Assembly (NCBI GenBank): GCA_963701785.1
Contig: CAVPBC010000003.1
Span: 481,556 to 545,555 of the forward strand
Length of the DNA: 64,000 nt
From: an uncultured Bacteroidales bacterium
Lineage (GTDB): Bacteria > Bacteroidota > Bacteroidia > Bacteroidales > JAGOPY01
Direction of reading: 5' to 3'
Shown: in pieces, positions 8,353-15,561 of the stretch
How positions within the stretch are numbered: the stretch's first letter is position 1
How the letters are laid out: the number at the start of each line of letters is the position of its first letter
Made by a program: the position numbers and the translations under genes
The notes under the pieces: generated by a model
The model's input: only the letters and a program-made list of their open reading frames with translations
Told to the model about the DNA's origin: nothing
The model's database searches: none

Positions 8353-9246
8353 CCCGATTGTAATTCCAGCAGATAGTAGATTTGAGTAAAATTCTAGTTT
8401 GTTTAAAGTCGAGCTAGGCAACGTATTATATTTAATTTCAGTTGCTTTAAAAGTACTTTTAAAAAGTACTATAAACTTAGTTAATAATAGCTTAGATAAG
8501 AGCATAATAAGGTGACCATGGGAATTATTTGATGAATGTCTAAGATCCATTCCATCTAAATTCATTATGCTTAATCCTGTAGTATGTGCGTGAGCCGAAA
8601 GTAGATTATAAAGACTTTTCGAATGATCTGCGTGGATTTTAGAAAAATCCATTAATTTATTCCAACCATTAAATAATCTAGGCTCACCTTTTTCAATTAT
8701 TTGCTTTTGCTGATTTGCTGTGAACTTTTTAAAATAATCTGATTCAGTAATTTTCTTTCTGAACAATCGTATTTCTTCTTGATCTTTAAGTTTCTTTTCT
8801 TTTAAGAATTCTCCTTTGTGATAATATTCATTTCTTGAAATTAATCCACTGTAAATCCAATTGTAGTATCTGAATTGTATTTCATCTTCAGTTTTTGGTT
8901 GACAATAAATGAAATCGAAAATTAAAAAATTTTCAAGTTGCGCTCTTAGTAAGATGTAAAGACCAGAAATATCAAGAAATTTAGCCTTTAATTCAATGTA
9001 TTTTGAATCAATATCTTGACCCTTTAATAACTCAAGGATGGAATTACAATTTAATATGGTTTTTGTTGCTAATGTACTGATACGGTTTTTATATTCAGGT
9101 ATTTCAATTTTGCTTGTTATCAAATGAGTTTGAAGCATTATAAGTATATCCACAAATTGCAAACTCTCTTCTGCACCATCTTTAATGTTTTGCCTAAGAT
9201 GCATCAAATAGACACTTAAAATATCATGATTCTTTTGCGAAATCAT
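8347..9246 (-). CDS. hypothetical protein (cassette cargo)
   Basis: 299-aa AT-rich ORF, helical and K/E-rich. I recognise no motif. Its stop codon lies inside core GTTAGGC. Confidence 0.6.
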   Translation of the reverse strand: MISQKNHDILSVYLMHLRQNIKDGAEESLQFVDILIMLQTHLITSKIEIPEYKNRISTLATKTILNCNSILELLKGQDIDSKYIELKAKFLDISGLYILLRAQLENFLIFDFIYCQPKTEDEIQFRYYNWIYSGLISRNEYYHKGEFLKEKKLKDQEEIRLFRKKITESDYFKKFTANQQKQIIEKGEPRLFNGWNKLMDFSKIHADHSKSLYNLLSAHAHTTGLSIMNLDGMDLRHSSNNSHGHLIMLLSKLLLTKFIVLFKSTFKATEIKYNTLPSSTLNKLEFYSNLLSAGITIGA

Positions 9247-9262
9247 AAATAATACAATTGGG

Positions 9263-9394
9263 GCCTAACGGTTTGCAGCTATGCCCTGTAGCCGTTTTAC
9301 GGGGTTCGTCACTGTCAATCGGCATAATGTTTCTGCGGGGTACGCTGTTTCAACTTGCACTTTTATAGGCTATTGGGCATAGTTGCTGTTATGC
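9263..9394 (-). repeat. attC-like imperfect palindrome (unique sequence)
   Basis: GCCTAAC (a perfect RYYYAAC) ... GTTATGC. The arms 'gcagctatgccctgtagcc' and 'ggctattgggcatagttgc' are complementary. Confidence 0.8.
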
Positions 9395-9401
9395 ACAGAA
9401 T

Positions 9402-10118
9402 TTAATATATCTCTTTCTTTTTAATTTTTAATCCACTTAGTTCATAAAGCATCATACATAATTCTTTTATCTCTGATCCTTTTCCACTTTGTCTATAAAC
9501 CATATTGTATTTGCCATTTTTTCTCGCTTCAAAAATCCACTCTGCACCATCCATTATTATCATATTACTCCATTCAACTGTAGGTATTTCCCAGAAGTTA
9601 AGATTATAGATTTTGCTTATTACATCATCCCATTGACTTTCTGTTATTTGTATTGTATCATTTTGAACTAATTTTCCAGGACTATATCCGCCTGCTCCGT
9701 TTGTTCTCTTCACAAACAGCAAGTATTCGTTGTTCCTTTTTTCAAGTCGAATAGAAATGGGATTATGAAATGTTCGTAGCCAAGGAAAACGATATGTTTC
9801 AAAATCATAGTCTTTGTATAATTTTGGTTCGTTAAGCCCTGTCAATTGTTTAGAAAACCATGTATTTACAAACAATGCTAATTCTTTGCTTTTTTGATAG
9901 AATAAACTATCCTTTTCTTGCCTATAAACATTAACAGTATCAATTAAAAGTCGTGTTGGAAAATATAAAAGATTTGTGTCTTTACAGTAATACTGGTCAG
10001 TCACATCTATTGTGTCTTTCCCATTAATAAAAGTCATTTTTTGTCCTTGAACATTTAGTATCAAGTTCATCAAAAAAAGAATCAAAATAAGTTTAGTAGG
10101 TCTTATAATTTTGTGCAT
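9402..10118 (-). CDS. hypothetical secreted protein (cassette cargo)
   Basis: Start is at Met54 of track ORF 9402..10277 ('MHKIIRPTKLILILFLMNLILNVQG', signal-like). The upstream 53 codons lie inside the repeat. The ATG sits inside core GTGCATAAC. Confidence 0.6.
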   Translation of the reverse strand: MHKIIRPTKLILILFLMNLILNVQGQKMTFINGKDTIDVTDQYYCKDTNLLYFPTRLLIDTVNVYRQEKDSLFYQKSKELALFVNTWFSKQLTGLNEPKLYKDYDFETYRFPWLRTFHNPISIRLEKRNNEYLLFVKRTNGAGGYSPGKLVQNDTIQITESQWDDVISKIYNLNFWEIPTVEWSNMIIMDGAEWIFEARKNGKYNMVYRQSGKGSEIKELCMMLYELSGLKIKKKEIY

Positions 10119-10431
10119 AACGCTCCAGCGCAGCGCCCTGGCCCGGGTTATTTGGCCGGCCAGGCGGCGGCGTGAGGATGTAAAGTTAGATATTAGTAAT
10201 GCAAATTGCAAACAGATCCCTCGCTGCGCTCGGGATGACGCGGTTGACGGATGAAAACAGAAGCGGCGCGGCACCAAGGAAGAATGTAGTTCCGACTTTA
10301 CTTTGCGCCGCGCCGCTCTGGTTTTGATCCCCTCAAGTCGTCATCCCGAAGCGCAGCGAGGGATCTTTTGCGCCCCGCCTGACCGGGCAAAATTTTTAGC
10401 GTCCGGGCTGGGTGCTGCGCGTTCGTTATGT
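10115..10431 (-). repeat. attC-like site with 160-nt-family arms and an enlarged loop
   Basis: The arms match the family. The usual 44-nt loop is replaced by ~200 nt containing a second hairpin element. Confidence 0.7.
10214..10366. repeat. nested palindromic element inside the attC-like loop
   Basis: 'agatccctcgctgcgctcgggatgacg' (10214-10240) pairs with 'cgtcatcccgaagcgcagcgagggatct' (10339-10366). There is an inner stem 'cagaagcggcgcggc' / 'gcgccgcgccgctctg'. Confidence 0.7.
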
Positions 10432-10493
10432 GTAGCAGAGCATTAAAAATTAAGTCAGGCTTAGTTCTTGATTTTCTAATTCGATTTTGAGCT

Positions 10494-10775
10494 TTACGTT
10501 AGTTCCAGTGCATGAAATATCTTGATTACCGTTCCTATAGTCATATTCCTGCTATTTTTTTCAAGTTTGGAAATTTCGGATTTATTGACCCCAATTAATT
10601 GTCCTAATTCCTCCTGGGTCATGTTTCTCTCTTTCCTTGTTTTTTTAATCATTTCCCCAAGGATCTCCATTTTTAAATCAAATTCATATTGATCCCGATC
10701 AGGGGTACCACGTTTACCAATATATTTGTCCTTGAATTGGTCCAGTGTGATTCCTTGTTGAGCTTGCTTTGCCAT
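10494..10775 (-). CDS. XRE-family HTH antitoxin
   Basis: 93 aa. 'MTQEELGQLIGVNKSEISKLEKNSRNMTIGTVIKI' is an HTH_XRE. It lies 4 nt downstream of the toxin gene. Confidence 0.8.
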   Translation of the reverse strand: MAKQAQQGITLDQFKDKYIGKRGTPDRDQYEFDLKMEILGEMIKKTRKERNMTQEELGQLIGVNKSEISKLEKNSRNMTIGTVIKIFHALELT

Positions 10776-10779
10776 TGTA

Positions 10780-11115
10780 TTATGCTTTAAAATATTCTAA
10801 TCTAATCTTCAATGCTTTTTGAATTTCTGACTTTGGAGTTTTTTGTGATTTTTTAATAAAGCCATGAGTACAAATTACCAATGTGTTTTGATTATCAGTT
10901 TTATCCCAGAATGCTAATAATCTATAATCATTTGATTGAAAGCTTGTTCTAAATTCCCATATATCATCATTCAATTTCTTGAATAAATTTGGATCGAGCA
11001 TAATTCGTGCTTTATCAATGTTGAAAACAATTTTGTTTCTTGCTTTAATGTCTAAGGTAGTCAGAAAGATCTCGACTTCACTTAAAAAGACAACATTAAA
11101 ATGCTCTATCATCAT
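10780..11115 (-). CDS. RelE/HigB-superfamily toxin (phage Gp49-like)
   Basis: 111 aa. 'DIWEFRTSFQSNDYRLLAFWDK....LVICTHGFIKKSQKTPKSEIQKA' is the Gp49/HigB-like pattern. Confidence 0.8.
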   Translation of the reverse strand: MMIEHFNVVFLSEVEIFLTTLDIKARNKIVFNIDKARIMLDPNLFKKLNDDIWEFRTSFQSNDYRLLAFWDKTDNQNTLVICTHGFIKKSQKTPKSEIQKALKIRLEYFKA

Positions 11116-11204
11116 TATTTAAGTTGAAATGCAAAAATAGTAAAGTTTCCATATAAAGCAACAATTGGATTAAAAAAAGGAAAATTTAATACTGCCCTGT
11201 TACA

Positions 11205-11363
11205 CATAACGCTCAGCGCAGCGCCCTGGGCCGGGTTAATTTGGCCGGGCAGGCGGGCGCCCGATAGCTCAAAGTTACAAAATCAAAGATCAATGTGACA
11301 ATACCGCCCGCCTGACCGGGCAAACTTTTAATTTCCGGCCTGGGCGCTGCGCGCTCGTTATGT
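11205..11363 (-). repeat. attC-like site, 160-nt family copy
   Basis: ACATAAC...GTTATGT. It is most similar to the copy at 12143. Confidence 0.8.
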
Positions 11364-11375
11364 GTAGCCTTTTTG

Positions 11376-12110
11376 TCATTTCGCGGTAATTGTGAAAGTC
11401 CCGCCTAACAAAAGTTCATAGTTGTCTTTTGTTTTGCAAAGGGCTTTCCATTCAGTTATCGAGTTATCGTCAAGAAAAAGAGAGATTATTCTTTCTCTAT
11501 CCATTAATGGTTTTATTTCAAAGTCTGTCGCTGTTTCGAGCTCCGCTAATTTTCTATCTAAAATGTCAAACACTGTTTCATTGTCTAATTCAGATACAGC
11601 TAAAATGTGATTTTTTCTCAACGGCATAAAATATGGAAAGTCGCCAAACATATTATTAGTTGTGTCCCATTTATAAAGAGAGATCAAATCAAATTTTGTT
11701 AGTCTTTTAATTGAATTCTGCCTATCCAATTCAGGAACTAATTTTTTAAATCTTGCGAATTCATTAATTGTCAGCCAAAAGGATCCTTTTTGTCGCATTG
11801 AATAAGGTGGAGCATAGTCTCCTCTGTTAGCTTCATCGAATAGTTTTTGAAATGCCGGAATAAAAAATATAAAATTGTCACATTGTCTAATGGCGACCCA
11901 ATTTCCAGAAGCACATTGGTAGATTCCACACTCGTTGCAGATTATAGTTTGAAAAATTTGTTCATCTTCAATTTCCCCGTCTAATGCCTCAACTATATTT
12001 ATAAAATCTTCGCCATCAACTGTCAAAACTGTGAAATTCGCCATTCCTTGTCCAGAAGAGGTAAAGTCATATTGTTTTTTATAAGTTCCGAAGTTTGTTG
12101 ATGTCCACAT
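11376..12110 (-). CDS. hypothetical protein (cassette cargo)
   Basis: 244-aa intact ORF with a Cys cluster 'CNECGIYQCASGNWVAIRQC'. I recognise no family. Confidence 0.6.
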   Translation of the reverse strand: MWTSTNFGTYKKQYDFTSSGQGMANFTVLTVDGEDFINIVEALDGEIEDEQIFQTIICNECGIYQCASGNWVAIRQCDNFIFFIPAFQKLFDEANRGDYAPPYSMRQKGSFWLTINEFARFKKLVPELDRQNSIKRLTKFDLISLYKWDTTNNMFGDFPYFMPLRKNHILAVSELDNETVFDILDRKLAELETATDFEIKPLMDRERIISLFLDDNSITEWKALCKTKDNYELLLGGTFTITAK

Positions 12111-12142
12111 TATGTTATTCTAGAGCCAATATAAAAGGTTAC

Positions 12143-12302
12143 ACATAACGCTCAGCGCAGCGCCCTGGGCCGGGTTAATTTGGCCGGGCAGGCGGGCGCC
12201 CGATAGCTCAAAGTTACTAAATCAAAGATCAACGTGACAATACCGCCCGCCTGACCGGGCAAAATTTTAATGTCCGGCCTGGGCGATGCGCGTCCGTTAT
12301 GT
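12143..12302 (-). repeat. attC-like site, 160-nt family copy
   Basis: ACATAAC...GTTATGT. Confidence 0.8.
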
Positions 12303-13197
12303 GTAGCCTTTTTGTCATTTCGCGGTAATTGTGAAAGTCCCGCCTAACAAAAGTTCATAGTTGTCTTTTGTTTTACCAAAGTGGCATTACATTCAGTTAC
12401 TGAATTATAGTCAAGAAAAAGAGATGATTATTCCTCTTCATTGCTATCCATTAATGGTTTTATTTCAAAGTCTGGTTCGCTGTTTCGAGCGATCCGCTAA
12501 TTTCATCTATTTGCTTAAAGATAGGTCAATCGACACTGTTTCAATATGTCATAATTCAGCATAGCAGCTAAATGTTATTTCTCAATGGCATAAAACTATG
12601 GAAAGTCGCCAAACATTTTATTAGTTGTAATCCCATTTATAAAGAGAGATCATAATCAAATTTTGTTAGTCATTTTAATTGAATTCTGCCTATCCAATTC
12701 AGGAACTAATTTTTTAAATCTTGCGAACCTTCATTAATTGTCAGAAGCCGTTAAAAGGATCGCTTTTATTGTTGCAAGAGTTGAATAAGGTGGATGCCTA
12801 TAGTCTCAACACTGTTAAAAACCACTGCTTCAATCGATCCATATTTTTGACAATAGCCAAAAATAGCTGAGTGAAAAAGATAGCGATTAAAATGAATTTC
12901 GTCACATTGTCTAATGCGCCATGACGGCTGCATATTCCCAGAAGCACATTGTGTACGATTCTCACTGTCAATCGTTGCAGAATGTATCAGCGTGAAAAAT
13001 TTGTTCAACTTGCAATTTTACAGTCTAATGGCCATCAACTATATGTTATCACAAAATCTTAACCATCATACTGTCAAAACTGTGAAATTCGCCATTCACT
13101 TGTTCATGAAGCAGGTAAAGTCATATTGTTTTTTATAAGCTCCGAAGTTTGTTGATGTCCACATTATGTCTATTCTAGAGCCAATATAGAAGGTTAC
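12303..13197 (-). pseudogene. decayed paralogous copy of cassette 11376..12110
   Basis: The first ~75 nt and last ~80 nt are (near-)identical to cassette 11364-12142. The interior is alignable by eye but carries many substitutions and 1-10-nt insertions (909 vs 793 nt). Only short ORF fragments remain. Confidence 0.8.
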
Positions 13198-13301
13198 ACA
13201 TAACGGTTGGCCGCTAAAACCAGTGCGTGGAACATATTAGGGATCGCATTAAGCGATTCCGAGGTATTGACCAGCATTAGGTTTTTAGCGGCATGTTAGC
13301 T
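13198..13301 (-). repeat. attC-like imperfect palindrome (unique sequence, 104 nt)
   Basis: ACATAAC ggttGGCCGCTAAAACC ... GGTTTTTAGCGGCatg GTTAGCT. Confidence 0.7.
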
Positions 13302-13544
13302 GATGTATTCCATTGTCTTTTTATAAATGTTTGAATACCATGAAAATTTCAGAATATATCCTCTTAAATATTGATCTCTATCAACTAAGGACTGCAAAAA
13401 CAATCACCCACAAGCAATACAAATGGATTATCAGAAGGATCCAGTAAAACTACTCTCCAAAGCATAAAGCCAAAGTATAATTTTGGTTCGTAACCGTCAA
13501 TTGTCAGACAAAGCACAAAGTATTACAAGCATTGCTGTTTGCCT

Positions 13545-13758
13545 TTATAAACCATTTTTGATAAATGGTTTATATTTGTTTTGCCTACAAGTATAAGGTA
13601 GCATGTAAAAGCCGAATGGTATTGCAATATCGGCAAAGTAGCTATGAAAATGGCTATGTACAGTATTCACTGCAGCCCATATCGTGTCTCCAATTATAAA
13701 GAGGGCTGCAATTGTAAGTAACGTGATAATCTACTATTAGTTTATTTTGTTGTTTCAT
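13545..13758 (-). pseudogene. frameshifted small membrane-protein gene (decayed cassette)
   Basis: My own translation: 'MKQQNKLIV' then a frame change into 'IITLLTIAALFIIGDTIWAAVNTVHSHFHSYFADIAIPFGFYMLPY..'. The unit is bounded by GTTAGCTGATG (13295) and ..TATGCTAAC (13790). Confidence 0.35.
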
Positions 13759-13880
13759 ATATTTTGAAAAGGAATCATATCTATGCTAACGTTTGTGCAA
13801 ACGCACTGGTCTTGTTATATCATATCCATGCGGTTAAAGAAGTCATGTTACACGCCATCAATTGGTGTGTATCTTGACCT

Positions 13881-14181
13881 TTATACTGCCCTGGATTCCA
13901 ACGATGCCATAAGTGAAATGTCTTCATCTATTTTTTTCCAATGTATCCCTTAGCCCGACGGAGTAACCTCAAAATCCTGTAAATCCTCTTCTGTAGCTAC
14001 CACAAGGCGTGGCGACAAATCCCTTAAATTATATTTATTTTCCTTACCATCGACTTTAAGAATCAGCCATGGCGTGGATAAATGTACTTGATCTATGCTT
14101 AAAATAGATTTCATTGCTCTAAAGATAATTAAAAATTTCATACCATCTCCTCCAACCGGATTCTCTTAAAATAGATGGCAT
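13881..14181 (-). pseudogene. remnants of a DUF4160/DUF2442 gene pair
   Basis: 'MPSILRESGWRRW..' (from 14181) resembles a DUF4160 N-terminus and stops after 20 codons. Track ORF 13950..14141 ('LILKVDGKENKYNLRDLSPRLVVATEEDLQDFEVTPSG') is DUF2442-like. An in-frame TAA at 13950-13952 is followed by 'GIHWKKIDEDISL', the expected continuation. Confidence 0.5.
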
Positions 14182-14208
14182 AAACTGCTTAATCTTTGCT
14201 CCAATAAT

Positions 14209-15312
14209 TCATTCCAAATCCAAATTATCAAACGGACTTTTTATCTTATCTAGCCCTCGCTTGGTTATATGTGTGTAAATCTCTGTTGTCTTAGGACTCT
14301 GGTGACCCAATAATGATTGTATATAACGTAAATCTGTACCATGCTCAAGCAAATGGGTCGCAAAACTGTGCCTTAAGGAATGTACTGTTGCTTTCTTTTT
14401 AATACCGGCTTTGTGTTTGGCCAGCCTGAATACTTTCTGAACACTGGTCGGCGAATATTGCCCACCGAATTGCCCTTCAAACAACCATTCCCTTGGTTTG
14501 TACATCTTGAAATATTCACGCAATAAGGTCAATACCCTTACTGACAATATCGTTACCCTGTCCTTTTGACCCTTTCCCTGTTTTACAATCACCAGCATCC
14601 TTTTAGAATCAATATCATGGATCTTTAAATTGATCATCTCACCCAATCTTAGGCCTGTTGAATAAATTAGTGATAACATGGCCCTGTGTTTCAGGTTTTT
14701 TGCACATTTTAACAGCATGGCTACCTCCTCCTCACTCAATACATTCGGCAAAACTTTCGGCTTTTTCGGCCGCTGGATGTAATATGTCTTCACGGGCCGG
14801 CCCAAAACCTGCTCGTAGTAAAATTTGATGGCATTGATCGACTGGTTCTGGTAGGAGATGCTCACATCCCTCTTTTCAATTAGGTATAGCAAATACTCCC
14901 TGACCTGCTCATCGGTTATCTTTTCGGGATCCAGGTCCTTGTAATAAACAAGAAATTCCTGCATCATCGACCTGTAGGTCCGGATCGTATTCGGACTGTA
15001 ATTCTTCAGCAACATCGTTTTCACAAATTCTTCCGGGACCAAATCTACCTTCCCCTCTTCCCCTTTTCCCCTCTTCTCCTGGTCTCCCGGTCTCCCGGTC
15101 TCCTCTTCAAACGTCAGGAATCCTTCAAATTTCAGATTCAGCTTCTCCACGCCACCCGCCTGCGTTGCCACATGCCAGCACCTCTCCTTCGGGTTCCACC
15201 TCGCCCCTGGAATGGTTTTAATTAAATCAATAATCTCCCTGTCGTAAGGGAAATGGAGCTTTAACCGCTCTTTGCCTTCTATAAGGCCTTTTTCAATAGT
15301 TATCTTTTTCAT
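14209..15312 (-). CDS. tyrosine site-specific recombinase (Xer-like catalytic domain with an extra ~95-aa N-terminal domain)
   Basis: 367 aa. 'STGLRLGEM' (Arg I), 'KGQKDRVTIL', 'HSLRHSFATHLLEHGTDLRYIQSLLGH' (H-x-x-R, H) and 'TEIYTHI' (catalytic Tyr). The N-terminus has 'IPGARWNPKERCWHV'. An octamer-repeat-encoded linker gives 'ETGRPGDQEKRGKGEEGK'. Confidence 0.9.
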   Translation of the reverse strand: MKKITIEKGLIEGKERLKLHFPYDREIIDLIKTIPGARWNPKERCWHVATQAGGVEKLNLKFEGFLTFEEETGRPGDQEKRGKGEEGKVDLVPEEFVKTMLLKNYSPNTIRTYRSMMQEFLVYYKDLDPEKITDEQVREYLLYLIEKRDVSISYQNQSINAIKFYYEQVLGRPVKTYYIQRPKKPKVLPNVLSEEEVAMLLKCAKNLKHRAMLSLIYSTGLRLGEMINLKIHDIDSKRMLVIVKQGKGQKDRVTILSVRVLTLLREYFKMYKPREWLFEGQFGGQYSPTSVQKVFRLAKHKAGIKKKATVHSLRHSFATHLLEHGTDLRYIQSLLGHQSPKTTEIYTHITKRGLDKIKSPFDNLDLE

Positions 15313-15561
15313 CCTGTTTCAGATTTTTTTACCACTAATAGGAACATTAGTGGTCAATAGAAAGCACAATAGGGTTGAATGCTATTTATAACCTGATATT
15401 CAATACTTAACAGTAAGTTACACGGAGGACCGCAGAGTTATTCGCAGAGATACATTGAGAATACGCTCTGTGACCCTCTGTGAAAAACTCTGTGAACCTC
15501 TGTGAGAACTTATTCTTATACTTAATCCGGAAAATTGAAAAAAATACCCGGTGGGAGAGGG

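Larger units (their letters stand above)
2972..15312 (-). mobile_element. integron-like gene-cassette array (at least 11 units) plus adjacent tyrosine recombinase
   Basis: All ORFs are on the minus strand and AT-rich. They are separated by GC-rich imperfect palindromes bounded by ..TAAC / GTTA.. cores. Each unit has unit-specific inverse-complementary ends (see findings). The island sits between the core genes zupT and rsmE. Confidence 0.75.

Noticed and set aside
9402-10277. N-terminal 53 codons of track ORF 9402..10277 ('..STASSRAQRGI..')
   Set aside because: That part is encoded by the nested palindromic repeat and the attC-like arm. A signal-peptide-like start is present at Met54.
7369-12302. 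160-nt repeats at regular intervals considered as a CRISPR-like array or as simple REP/terminator hairpins
   Set aside because: The repeats are far too long, and the 600-900-nt 'spacers' are protein-coding units. Generic REP behaviour does not explain the unit-specific inverse-complementary ends. I retained the integron attC-like interpretation instead.
12361-13138. Track ORFs 12361..12564, 12766..13008 and 12914..13138 as genes
   Set aside because: They are fragments or out-of-frame readings of the decayed duplicate of cassette 11376..12110.
14209-15312. Calling the recombinase a canonical integron integrase (IntI)
   Set aside because: By eye, the segment between the KxxR box and HxxR is about 40 aa too short to contain the IntI-specific domain, and an unrelated N-terminal domain is present. 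It is called only a tyrosine recombinase.
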